The position numbers and the translations under genes are program-made. From Phycisphaerae bacterium (lineage in GTDB: Bacteria > Planctomycetota > Phycisphaerae > UBA1845 > PWPN01): 64,000 nt of DNA. This document shows, one piece after another, positions 1 through 8,859 of this stretch; the first letter of the stretch is position 1; each line of letters begins with the position of its first letter. The notes under the pieces were generated by a model. The model had not been told where the DNA came from, searched no databases, and worked only from the letters and a program-made list of their open reading frames with translations. The stretch is taken from assembly GCA_012729395.1 (NCBI GenBank), contig JAAYDF010000284.1, positions 2,441-66,440 on the forward strand. Direction: 5' to 3'.

Positions 1-1200
1 AAGCTGCTTGCCGTCGGGCGAGAGGGCGATGCCGTTGGGCTGGACGAGGTCGTCGATGATCCGCGTCAGCGTGCCGTCGCCGGCGATGTAGTAGACCGCC
101 TCCTTGTCCAGTTCGAGGTCGTCGCGCGGGCCGTACCGCGGATCGGTGAAGTAGATACCGCCCGCCTCGTCGAGCCACAGGTCGTTGGGGCTGTTGAGCC
201 GTTTGCCTTCATAGTGGGTGACGATATCGCGGCCCGGCCCGGCAGGCTGACCGCGCGAGACCCGCCGCCGGGCGTGCTCGCAGGCTACCAGCAGGCCGTC
301 CTTGTCGAACATCAGCCCGTTGGACTGCCCGCTGTCGGCGTTGGCCACCTCGGCTTTGCCGTCGGCATACCGCACGATGCGCGCCTCGGGAATATCCGAG
401 AAGTACAGTCCACCCCGCTTGTGGTCCCAGGCCGGCCCCTCGACGAACTTGAAATCGCCCGCCAACTTCTGGACCTTTGCCCCCGGCGGCAGGACGCCCT
501 TCACCCACGGATCCGAGGCCAAGAACAGCACATTGTCCACCCGCACGATCACGTCCTGGAAGTCGTCGTTGGTCGAGTACTCGAAGGCGATGAGGTAACT
601 GTGAGGCACCGCGTGCCCGGTCTTGACGTCCGCGTGGGGGTAGATTCGTGCCTTGTGCGGCTGAGCGCGGAGCCGCTCGTTGACCTTGGCGGTCAGGCCC
701 GGCTGCGTGTAGACGCCGGCGTCGTTGAACCCGTCGTTGGCCACCCACAGGCCGAACGGCGCGTCGCCGGGGTCGAAACGGGTGCGTTCCTTGTCGATCG
801 GCGGGCCGACCGGATCCTGGCCCTCGGCCGGCATCGGCGAGCGGAAGGTGTAGTGCCATAGCTCCTTGCGGCTGCCGTCCGCGGGTAAGTCGCCCGCCCC
901 CGGCCCAGCCGCGTACCAGCCGCCGCGAGCCGTCGTTTCCGCGCCGTAGGCGAGCACCGGCGTGCAGGTCACCGGCCGCCGGCCATCCACCCGCTGGAAC
1001 AAACCCGCAGGCGTCACGCGCTCGACCGCCGCGTTGCGCAAATCATGCTCAACCCCCAAGCCCCAGTACTGCCTGAGCAGATCCGCCAGCCGCGGCTCGC
1101 CCGCCGCCGGCTCCGGACCTTGCTGCGCCCCGGCCGGCAGGACGACCATGAACACCACCACCGCCAGACCGCTCACCCGTGCCCTCGCCATCATCTTCAT
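1..1200 (-). CDS. Secreted SMP-30/gluconolactonase/LRE-like beta-propeller protein (3' end runs off the window start)
   Basis: Own translation of the minus frame that is open at the window edge, so it is absent from the ORF track. ATG at 1200-1198, then a signal-like MKMMARARVSGLAVVVFMVVLPAGAQQ. Downstream: GGLYFSDIPEARIVRY, SNGLMFDKDGLLVACEH, LNSPNDLWLDEAGGIYFTDPRYG, IDDLVQPNGIALSPDGKQL, typical of SMP-30/gluconolactonase propellers. Listed ORFs 209-859(-) and 214-861(+) are in other frames. Confidence 0.7.
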   Translation of the reverse strand, partial: MKMMARARVSGLAVVVFMVVLPAGAQQGPEPAAGEPRLADLLRQYWGLGVEHDLRNAAVERVTPAGLFQRVDGRRPVTCTPVLAYGAETTARGGWYAAGPGAGDLPADGSRKELWHYTFRSPMPAEGQDPVGPPIDKERTRFDPGDAPFGLWVANDGFNDAGVYTQPGLTAKVNERLRAQPHKARIYPHADVKTGHAVPHSYLIAFEYSTNDDFQDVIVRVDNVLFLASDPWVKGVLPPGAKVQKLAGDFKFVEGPAWDHKRGGLYFSDIPEARIVRYADGKAEVANADSGQSNGLMFDKDGLLVACEHARRRVSRGQPAGPGRDIVTHYEGKRLNSPNDLWLDEAGGIYFTDPRYGPRDDLELDKEAVYYIAGDGTLTRIIDDLVQPNGIALSPDGKQL

Positions 1201-1212
1201 CGCTCTGCTCCG

Positions 1213-1941
1213 TCATCCCTGCCCGTGGACCACACGCAGGGCCTCGGCCAAGTCGATCTGCTTCTCGTAAATCGCTCGCCCAATGATGATGCCCAGCAGC
1301 GGCAACTTGGCCAGACGCCGAACGTCTTCGATGTCCGTCACGCCGCCCGAGGCGATCACCGGAACATGGCTGATCTCGGCCAAGTGCTTGGTGGCGTCAA
1401 TGTTCGGCCCCAGTAACATGCCATCGCGCCCGATGTCCGTGTAGATAATGGCGGCCAACGGCCAGTCGGTGACCCGCTCAGCTACTTGCAGGGCAGTCTC
1501 GCGCGTCTCCTTCGTCCAGCCGTGCACGGCAACGCGGCCCTCGCGCGTATCCACACCCAAGGCGACCCGGCCCGGGCATGAAGGACGCCGCATCAGGCTC
1601 TCGAACCATTCCCAGTCTTCCACCGCCTTGGTGCCCACCACGCACCGAGCGACACCGGCGGACAGGAGACTCTCGATGGTCTCGGTGTCGCGCAACCCGC
1701 CGCCCACTTCCAACTTCAGCTTCGTCGCCCCGAGAATGCCCTCGATCACCGGCAGATTGCACAGCCGACCTTCCTTCGCGCCGTCCAAGTCGACCAGGTG
1801 CAGCCAAGCCGCTCCGGCTTGCTCGAACTGGCGCGCGACCGCCACCGGGTCGTCGGCATAATCCAATTGCTTGTTGTAATCGCCCTGGAGCAGCCGAACG
1901 CACTTGCCGCCGCGAAGGTCGATGGCCGGTAGTATCTCCAT
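1213..1941 (-). CDS. hisA: ProFAR isomerase HisA
   Basis: 242-aa ORF. MEILPAIDLRGGKCVRLLQGDY, VGGGLR and ASGGV..GRAIY are HisA/HisF barrel signatures with a HisA-type N-terminus. Confidence 0.93.
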   Translation of the reverse strand: MEILPAIDLRGGKCVRLLQGDYNKQLDYADDPVAVARQFEQAGAAWLHLVDLDGAKEGRLCNLPVIEGILGATKLKLEVGGGLRDTETIESLLSAGVARCVVGTKAVEDWEWFESLMRRPSCPGRVALGVDTREGRVAVHGWTKETRETALQVAERVTDWPLAAIIYTDIGRDGMLLGPNIDATKHLAEISHVPVIASGGVTDIEDVRRLAKLPLLGIIIGRAIYEKQIDLAEALRVVHGQG

Positions 1942-2168
1942 GTGTCATCCTTTCAATGCTGTTGTGTGTCTGCCATCGCTTCGCAAGCGATGTACGCGGG
2001 AGCCTGCCACCCCAAACTGACCCATTTGCGGGTGCTGCTGATCACAACTCGAACGAGCCGCGGGCTTCATCCCGCGTGGCGTCTGTACGTGAAGCAGCCG
2101 TTGATCTCGGGCGAAGAGCCGCGCGGGCTGAAGCCCGCGGCTCGCTATCCCGCATCGGTCAGTTTGAG

Positions 2169-3389
2169 TTACTCCGTGTCCGCCTTCGCCTTGGCCTGCA
2201 CGCGGTTGAGCTTCAGGTCCTCGATCTCCAGCAGTTTCCCAAACTCGCCTTCGGTCAGCCGCTCCGCCAGATCCTCAGCCCCCATGCGGGCATTGATCTG
2301 GTAGGTGGCGATCTCCTTACTGAACTTCATGCCCACGCTGTTGACGCCTTCGATCTCCGCCAAGGCTTTCTTGAGCTTGCTGGCCGTGGCAAACTTGATC
2401 CCCTCCACCTCGAGGATTGACTCGCCGCCCGCGCTAATCTGCGTCGACCACTGCTCCATGATCTGGGCATACAACTCGTTGACCAGATTCTCGCCGGCCA
2501 AGGCCAGGGCCTGCTTGCCGGCCTGCGGGCTGAACTCCTTGCGACCCTGGGCGCCGCCGCGCGTGTTGGGGATGCCTTTGCTGGCCAGCAGCTTGGCGCT
2601 GTCCGTGTAGTACGCCTTGACCTGCACATCGCAATTGTAAAACGCGATCGGCACGCCGTAGGGCACCTCCAACCCCGCCTGGTTCGCGTTGGCTGTCCCG
2701 GCAATGAAAATGTGGGCGTTATGATCCTTGGCGATGGCCTGCATTTTCGCCGTATCGCCGGTCGCCGCCGCGTCCTCCAACTCCTTCCGCTTGACCTGCT
2801 CGATGGCCGTCCGGGCCACCAGGTCGAAGCCGCTCTTGAGCAGCCGCTCCTCGACTCGCGTTTCGAGAATGCTCTGCTCCTCAATTCGGCCGTCGATCCG
2901 CTCGACGATGTGAACCATGATCTTCGGCCGGCCGATCTGGTTCAGCACGTTCTGGATCGCACCCCAGCTTTCGTGCAGTACGCTCTTGGAGACCAGGGCC
3001 TTGATCCGCACCTTGATCGTGCCGCCGACGATCTTCTTCTCTTCCAGGATCTTGTAGTCGGTGACAATGCCCTGGGCCCGACTGATGATCGTGTCGTACA
3101 TCAACTGGAAGTTCTCGACCCGCGTGTCCGAGAAGATCTCCTGCTTGCCGCCTTTTTCCAGTGCGGTCCGCAGGGCGATCTTGAGGGCTTCTTCTCTGGT
3201 GACGCCTTCGCCCTCCGCTTCGACCTCGACCACATCGGCTGGGGTCGGCCTGGCGACCGGGGCCGCGGCACCTTCCTGGGCCCGTACCACCATTGGCGTC
3301 AGGCCTGCAACCATGATCCCTGCCGCACATACCGCCCCCCACGGCATCCAACGCATTGCTCGTGCAGAGCCGTTCTTGCTGCGAATCAT
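2169..3389 (-). CDS. Secreted protein of unknown function
   Basis: ORF 2169-3485. Preferred start is the ATG at 3389 (MIRSKNG), alternative ATG at 3356 (MRWMPWGAV). Hydrophobic signal segment AVCAAGIMVAGLTPMVVRA-QE. High GC3 coding signal. No family I can name with confidence. Confidence 0.6.
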   Translation of the reverse strand: MIRSKNGSARAMRWMPWGAVCAAGIMVAGLTPMVVRAQEGAAAPVARPTPADVVEVEAEGEGVTREEALKIALRTALEKGGKQEIFSDTRVENFQLMYDTIISRAQGIVTDYKILEEKKIVGGTIKVRIKALVSKSVLHESWGAIQNVLNQIGRPKIMVHIVERIDGRIEEQSILETRVEERLLKSGFDLVARTAIEQVKRKELEDAAATGDTAKMQAIAKDHNAHIFIAGTANANQAGLEVPYGVPIAFYNCDVQVKAYYTDSAKLLASKGIPNTRGGAQGRKEFSPQAGKQALALAGENLVNELYAQIMEQWSTQISAGGESILEVEGIKFATASKLKKALAEIEGVNSVGMKFSKEIATYQINARMGAEDLAERLTEGEFGKLLEIEDLKLNRVQAKAKADTE

Positions 3390-3497
3390 CTCCCGATTCT
3401 CCCGGCGGCGATGCTCTCGAGTGACAAGATCGCGACCTGGTGACCGCTTGCGAATCGCGCCACCCATCACTGGATTGTCCCACACCCGGTGGGCAGG

Positions 3498-4844
3498 TCA
3501 AGGCCCCGCGTTCGGCTCCGCACGGACGAGCGAGTCCGCGGGGCTGGTACCCCTCAGGACCGCCTCACCTTCGCGGGCCGGCGGGATGCCCAGGGCGTCG
3601 TAAGCCCATCGTACCGGGACAGCCAGCCGGAGATCGTTGACCGCCGCACTGAGCACGTCGGCCAGCTCGCGCAGATCGCGAGGCGGGTCCAGCGGTCGGC
3701 GGAAGAACGGTACGGGTACGCCCGGCCCAAACCGCATCCTCGTCAACGGAGCCAGCACGTCCCGCCGGATCGTTCGGGCCTCCTTGCCGAGATCGTCCTG
3801 CCGCAGGTCCAGTCGCACTTCGTTGTGGATCACCGCCGCCGCGTAGGTGCCCGTCTCGCCGCTGGTCTCGACGGTCAACGTCTGCCCCAGCCAGGCCTTG
3901 GATATCTCGCGATTGAAGAACGCACACATGCCCTCGTAGGGCGGTGAACCTGTGCCGTGGCCGGCCTCGAACATCTGCAGCTCGACCGCCTTGCTGAAGA
4001 TGGCCGACGCGTCCGTCCCCATCGCCTGCAACATGCTCAGAAGTTCGCGCTTTTCCTGAGCGGTGGCTGAGGGCTCGTAACGCGCCACCCGCACCGGCAT
4101 GCCGAACACCTCGGCAAAAACCATCCAGTCCTTCATCGCGAAGTGCTTGCCCAGGTACGACAACGCACTGACCCGCAGCAGCCCGCCACGCATCGGATGA
4201 CCCGAGACCGCGTGCGGCGTGTGCACGATGAATTTGGCCGGCGGCAGGGCGATGCCGTCGTACGGCGCCGACCCGGTCAGCACGCGCGGTTCACCCAACT
4301 CGCCAAACGCCACCCGCCCGAAATCCACCGGCACCACGTCCACCAGACGCAGCTCGCCCTTCTGAAAGTCCCACACATTCTCCGCCAGAGCGATGTTCCG
4401 CCCGAGAGCCAGCGACAGATGCTGCAGCGTCTCATCAAATCGGTCGATCCCCGCCAGCACTTCACGACAGTAGTCAGCCGCCTCGTCGGCAGGCCCGCGG
4501 TCCACGCCCTCGCGCACATCGGCCGCGGACTCGATCTGCCAGCGCAGCCCGGTCACCGCCCGCCGCCGCGTGTTCGCTACCGAATAGAGGTGGCCGTCCT
4601 TCTCCTCCATCTGCTCGAACAGGGCCATCGCCTGATCGACCGCGCCCTCGTCCGCTGCCCGCAGGATGTCCGCCAGCCTGCCGGGGGTCAGTCCGTCGGC
4701 CGGGTAATCCCGCCACCGATCCAGAGCCGACGGCCCTATCAGTAGCCCCAACGGCGGCCGAGACTCGCGACCGCGATACTGCTCAAAGCCAGTACGACGC
4801 TTCCGCCCACCCAAGGCATTCGCCACCCGTCTCGCCCAACTCAT
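3498..4844 (-). CDS. Phage portal protein, Mu gp29-like (DUF935)
   Basis: ORF 3498-5147 trimmed to the ATG at 4844 (MSWARRVANALGG), preceded by GAGGTGA. The body (GLTPGRLADILRAADEG..LFEQMEEKDGHLYSV..RRRAV, FAEVFGMPVRVARY, AAAVIHNEVRLDLRQDD) matches Mu-like portals. Confidence 0.85.
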   Translation of the reverse strand: MSWARRVANALGGRKRRTGFEQYRGRESRPPLGLLIGPSALDRWRDYPADGLTPGRLADILRAADEGAVDQAMALFEQMEEKDGHLYSVANTRRRAVTGLRWQIESAADVREGVDRGPADEAADYCREVLAGIDRFDETLQHLSLALGRNIALAENVWDFQKGELRLVDVVPVDFGRVAFGELGEPRVLTGSAPYDGIALPPAKFIVHTPHAVSGHPMRGGLLRVSALSYLGKHFAMKDWMVFAEVFGMPVRVARYEPSATAQEKRELLSMLQAMGTDASAIFSKAVELQMFEAGHGTGSPPYEGMCAFFNREISKAWLGQTLTVETSGETGTYAAAVIHNEVRLDLRQDDLGKEARTIRRDVLAPLTRMRFGPGVPVPFFRRPLDPPRDLRELADVLSAAVNDLRLAVPVRWAYDALGIPPAREGEAVLRGTSPADSLVRAEPNAGP

Positions 4845-4903
4845 CCGCTCACCTCGATTCTCCACTGCTCCATTCCTCATCTCCAATGCCGCATTCCCAA
4901 TGC

Positions 4904-6325
4904 CTACCAGATTCCTTCGCGTGCGAAGCGCAGGCTCGGCCCATGCAGCGCCTCGGGTCGGCCGCTCGCTTGACCCGCGGCCCGCACGGCCAGACACGCC
5001 GCCCAGAAGCGATCGCCGTGACCTCCCGATGACCGGTCGGCCTCGTATCGGCCCGGTCCGGCCGCGGTGACCGAGCGGCGAATCGAATGCCAGTTGTTGC
5101 GAATGGCCTCGTCCACCGGGATGCGGATGCGCCGATCCTCGACACACAGTCGCAGCCGCGTGGCCAACTCGTCCTTCAAGGCCGCCGTGAAAACCAGCGG
5201 CTCGACCCTCGATCGCCCGAACGATTCGACGGCTTCCTCGGCCAGGGCCAGCCCGATGCCGCTCGCATCGATGCAGCAGCGATGCACCTGCCGCAGAGCC
5301 AACAGGCCATGCAACGCCTCTCGCTGCTTGCGGAACGGCTCGCCGCGACTCTCGCGCACCCCGCGCGTCACCAGCAGCTTGCCACTCGCCTCAACCACCC
5401 ACAGCACCGTCAGATCGCGATATCGCCCGATGTCCATGCCGACGTACAGCGGGCCACGGCAGGAGGCGAGCGCGGCGATATCGAACACCTTGTCCAAGCT
5501 CGGGTCTTCGACCTCGGCAATCTGGGCGTGCGTCAGGAAGGCCGACGATTCATCCAGGAACTCGCAGCCGAACTCCTGGCGATAGAGCTCGTCGTCGTGC
5601 ATCGAGCGGCGGATCTGCTCCGGGTCGATCTCCAGGCCCGCCGTCACCGCGTCCGCCAGCGTCACCGTCGAGTGATGGAAGAGCGGGTTGTCGCGCAGCT
5701 CGGCAAACAAGTTGCCGCAACCGCGGGGCGTCGAGGCGACATCGAGCTCACCGTCGCCCCGCAACACGCTGGGGAACATCGCCGCCCAGATGGCCCGGTC
5801 GTCGCGGTGCATGGCAAACTCGTCAAGGAAAACATCGCCGGTAAAGCCCCGAGCGGTGGTCGGGTTGGCCGGCAAGCCGATCACCCGTACGCCGTTGGGC
5901 AGCTCGATGACCAGTTGCCGGAAGCTGGTCGTGCCCAGAAAACCGTCGCCGTGAAACTCCGCCGCCAGATTGAGCGCCCGGCAATGCTGCCGCGTTTTGA
6001 GCATCAGCTCGCGACTCTGGCGTTCGCCGGCCGACAGGAAGATCTGCGTCCGCCGCCGCTGCAATCCGCGCAGCAGACGACGAAGCGACTTCGTGAAACT
6101 CTTGCCGATCTGCCGCGACCAGCAACACCAACTGAACCTCGCCGTCGACAGCACGTCGGCCTGCTGGTAGCTCAGCAGAGGCACAATGGGCGACGAGGAT
6201 GGCTGGCAGTTCAGCAGGGGCTCAACGGGCGACGAGGACGCGGGTGTATCGGAGGCCGTGATGCCCGAATCGGCTACGTCTGCCTGCCGCGTGCCGTCCG
6301 CTGACGCTCCCGCCCCCATGTTCAT
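4904..6325 (-). CDS. Phage terminase large subunit, Mu gp28-like
   Basis: ORF 4904-6508 trimmed to the ATG at 6325 (MNMGAG). Walker A SRQIGKSF and Walker B DVFLDEFA. Nuclease acidic motifs GMDIGRYRD, IDASGIG and GHGDRFWAACLA are all intact. Confidence 0.85.
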   Translation of the reverse strand: MNMGAGASADGTRQADVADSGITASDTPASSSPVEPLLNCQPSSSPIVPLLSYQQADVLSTARFSWCCWSRQIGKSFTKSLRRLLRGLQRRRTQIFLSAGERQSRELMLKTRQHCRALNLAAEFHGDGFLGTTSFRQLVIELPNGVRVIGLPANPTTARGFTGDVFLDEFAMHRDDRAIWAAMFPSVLRGDGELDVASTPRGCGNLFAELRDNPLFHHSTVTLADAVTAGLEIDPEQIRRSMHDDELYRQEFGCEFLDESSAFLTHAQIAEVEDPSLDKVFDIAALASCRGPLYVGMDIGRYRDLTVLWVVEASGKLLVTRGVRESRGEPFRKQREALHGLLALRQVHRCCIDASGIGLALAEEAVESFGRSRVEPLVFTAALKDELATRLRLCVEDRRIRIPVDEAIRNNWHSIRRSVTAAGPGRYEADRSSGGHGDRFWAACLAVRAAGQASGRPEALHGPSLRFAREGIW

Positions 6326-6530
6326 GCCTCGTGACCAGGCTTGCCGTCGCCAACACGCCGCACCAGTGACAACGCCCCGACCGCCCCGTGACCCCGCGAG
6401 ACTGCCGGGGCGACGACACACGAGCGCGGTACACCCCAACGAGCCCGAAGCGCAAGCGCCGGGTTCAGTGGAGCGCCAGCGACCGTCCAAACGACGACTC
6501 GCATACACCGCTCACAGTGCAGTGCCACAC

Positions 6531-6575
6531 GGATCTGCGATCTGAAATCTCAAACTGCAAATTGCAGATCTCGAG
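6531..6575. repeat. GATCTGA/AGATCT-rich short repeat with central CTGCAAATTGCAG palindrome
   Basis: Sequence is ggatctgcgatctgaaatctcaaactgcaaattgcagatctcgag. The same motif family occurs at 42064-42136. Confidence 0.6.
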
Positions 6576-6664
6576 CCAGCGATTCGATCGTGTGCCCTCA
6601 CCTCTCACGCCTCGCACGCATCCCGCACCGCTCACAGATCAGTGCCGCGCGAACGCTGTGCTCA

Positions 6665-8680
6665 CTACTCCAGCACCACCATCTGGTGGCAGAGAAGCTG
6701 GTCGAGCTTAAACCGCAGACCTTGTGGGGTGTGTTGAAAGGCGAGCGGCTGCCCTTGCGGTTCGAGCGTGACCTTTGTCACCGGGCGTGGCAATCGCAGG
6801 GTAACGCACACGTCATGCAACGGCAGCAAATCCTCGATGACCTCCACGGGGGCACTGCGGCCGGTGATCGTGCTGCCCTCGACCGCCAAGCTGCCGCCGC
6901 GGGTGCTCATGGTGGCGTGCAGCAAGTGGAGGACGTATCGCCCCTGCTCTGGCTGCTCCATGAGCGACAGCCGGGCGGTCGACGGCAGGTCGCTCGTCAG
7001 CGTGCGGCCATCGCCGAGCAGGAGATCCAGCGCCCGCGTGACGTACTTCCGACAAGCAACAGCCCCGAACGCACGATAGATGGTAAAAACCGGATGGGCG
7101 AGGTACAGGATCGAGCCGTGCAGCACACCGCAGTCGTAGCCAGACGGTTCAGGCTGATACGGAGCGTGCTGGTGGCTGCAGAAATGCTGCCACGTCCGGT
7201 TGAAGTACGGATCGTGCACTTGGCCGAGCGATCGGCCGTGGGTAACGCGGATGCGCCGCGAACGCATGTACATGACCATCGGCGCGGCGACGTAGTCCGG
7301 CGCGATCTCTCCCGTCGGCTGAACGTAATCCGGCTGGAACGGGCTGGGGCCCGCGTCGTCGGCACCGATATCAAAGGCGAACGCCTCGCCGCTCGCCCGC
7401 AGGCCGCCGCCACCCGTCAGGAACAACCTGCCCCCTGCCGCCAAGTACGCCTCCAATTTGGCCCGCAGCGTCTCATCGACAGGCACGTCGTCCGGCAACA
7501 CGATCACCTTGTACCGGGCGAAGTCCATCTGATCGTCGAGCACGTCGAACAGGTAATGCCCTTCGAGCAAAACGCGAGCGGCCCCGGTGTCCGCCGGGCT
7601 CTCGACCTCTGTTTGCCGACGAACGGCCGCGCTCGACAGCAAACCCACGTCCGCGACCGATCGGGCACCCGCGCACCAGGGCTCCTTCCGCTCGACCTCG
7701 GCATACGCCTGCCCGACCAGCGCGTACGTGCTCTCATCGAGTGTGCCGCACGGATGGAGCTGATCGCCGACGCTGCACTTGGCCCCAAAGGCCAGCATGG
7801 CAGCACATTCGTACCGCAGCGCATTGGGGTGCTTGTACCCCCCGAACTCGCCCCAGGTGGTGTGGAACTTGCCAGTCATACCCAGGTAGTCAAGACCCAG
7901 CAGGTGGCAGTACTTGGCCGCGAAGGGGAAATGATCGTACCCCCATCCGCCAGTGGGAAGCGACTCGAGCTCGAGGTGACTGTAGAACCTCAGCAGCTCT
8001 CGCCGGCGGCCGGTGTGGGCACTGTTGTGGAAGACCGGCAGACCGGCACGCTCGGCACGGACGGCCGCAGTGGCGCGCTGGTAGTACCGCTGAACAGCCA
8101 GCTCCGCGCAACGCAGCCGGTCCATCTCATGCGTCGGATCCAGACCCTCGTGCTCCATGACCTCTCTACACCACCGACAACAGCATTGACCCTGGGAGAC
8201 GATGTCCAGAAAGATGCCGTCCGCCTCAGGAAACAGCCGCACTACCTCGCTGATCTGCTCGCACAGATAGTCCAGGTACGGCGAGTGGAAGCACATGGTG
8301 TGGAAGCCAGGCATCAACAACCCCGTGACCCAGCCGAGATAACGACCTCCGGCGTCCACCTCCCGCCATTCCGGGTGCTCGCTCGACATCACATTATCCA
8401 GCCCGGCCGACAGGTAGATCGGCACGTTGACGTCGATCTCCTTGCTGGCCTCAACCTGCGCCCGCAACAGGTCGAACGAAAGATGCGGATGCTGCCGGCC
8501 GACCCGCGTCGGGTGGTAGCTCCAGCCGTGGTGGCATTTGGCGAAGCAGGTGATCGAGTCGACATGGCCCGCCCGCAGGGTGTCCTGCCAATGCCGCTTG
8601 TCGAACGCCGCTCCGATACCCGCAATGTCGGGCGAGGTATGGAAATCCAGGTGGACCTGCCGAAATCGTAACTGGTGCAT
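6665..8680 (-). CDS. Putative glycoside hydrolase (TIM-barrel, GH42/alpha-amylase-like, with beta-galactosidase-trimerisation-like C-terminal region)
   Basis: 671-aa ORF, ATG at 8680 preceded by GAGGAGGG. N-terminus VHLDFHTSPDI..FAKCHHGWSYHPT and a Cys cluster CCCRWC. The family call is from memory of similar annotations and is not verified. Confidence 0.6.
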   Translation of the reverse strand: MHQLRFRQVHLDFHTSPDIAGIGAAFDKRHWQDTLRAGHVDSITCFAKCHHGWSYHPTRVGRQHPHLSFDLLRAQVEASKEIDVNVPIYLSAGLDNVMSSEHPEWREVDAGGRYLGWVTGLLMPGFHTMCFHSPYLDYLCEQISEVVRLFPEADGIFLDIVSQGQCCCRWCREVMEHEGLDPTHEMDRLRCAELAVQRYYQRATAAVRAERAGLPVFHNSAHTGRRRELLRFYSHLELESLPTGGWGYDHFPFAAKYCHLLGLDYLGMTGKFHTTWGEFGGYKHPNALRYECAAMLAFGAKCSVGDQLHPCGTLDESTYALVGQAYAEVERKEPWCAGARSVADVGLLSSAAVRRQTEVESPADTGAARVLLEGHYLFDVLDDQMDFARYKVIVLPDDVPVDETLRAKLEAYLAAGGRLFLTGGGGLRASGEAFAFDIGADDAGPSPFQPDYVQPTGEIAPDYVAAPMVMYMRSRRIRVTHGRSLGQVHDPYFNRTWQHFCSHQHAPYQPEPSGYDCGVLHGSILYLAHPVFTIYRAFGAVACRKYVTRALDLLLGDGRTLTSDLPSTARLSLMEQPEQGRYVLHLLHATMSTRGGSLAVEGSTITGRSAPVEVIEDLLPLHDVCVTLRLPRPVTKVTLEPQGQPLAFQHTPQGLRFKLDQLLCHQMVVLE

Positions 8681-8859
8681 GATAACTGTCCCTCCTCAAG
8701 ATGGGACCAGCGAATTGGCTCGCGTGAGTACCGCGAAACACGACTCCATCGCCGCGGCATCGCGTTTTGACCACCAAGAGGCAGACCAGGAGCGGCGTTC
8801 TTGCTGACGAGCGGTCCACCCGCATGGCTGCCGGGTTCCCTCGCCATTTTGCTGTCTTC

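Larger units (their letters stand above)
3498..6325 (-). mobile_element. Two-gene prophage remnant (Mu-type DNA packaging module: TerL then portal)
   Basis: Terminase large subunit and DUF935 portal lie in Mu gene order. No other phage genes occur in the flanks, which are a secreted protein plus hisA on one side and a glycoside hydrolase on the other. Confidence 0.6.

Noticed and set aside
209-861. Two listed ORFs (216 aa minus, 215 aa plus) at the window start
   Set aside because: Neither has recognisable motifs. The third minus frame, open to the window edge, gives a coherent SMP-30/gluconolactonase-like protein with a signal peptide starting at 1200.
6322-6528. 68-aa ORF overlapping the terminase start (ATGA) as a candidate small terminase
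   Set aside because: It is too short, and by eye its GC3 is much lower than in real genes here. It is built over the 21-nt direct repeat, and no HTH-like or terS-like pattern is present.
6590-8671. 693-aa plus-strand ORF
   Set aside because: It is the antisense shadow of the minus-strand glycoside hydrolase gene (6665-8680). It has Arg/Pro/Gly-rich low-information sequence, no motifs and no RBS. The minus frame has clear conserved motifs and a GAGGAGGG RBS.
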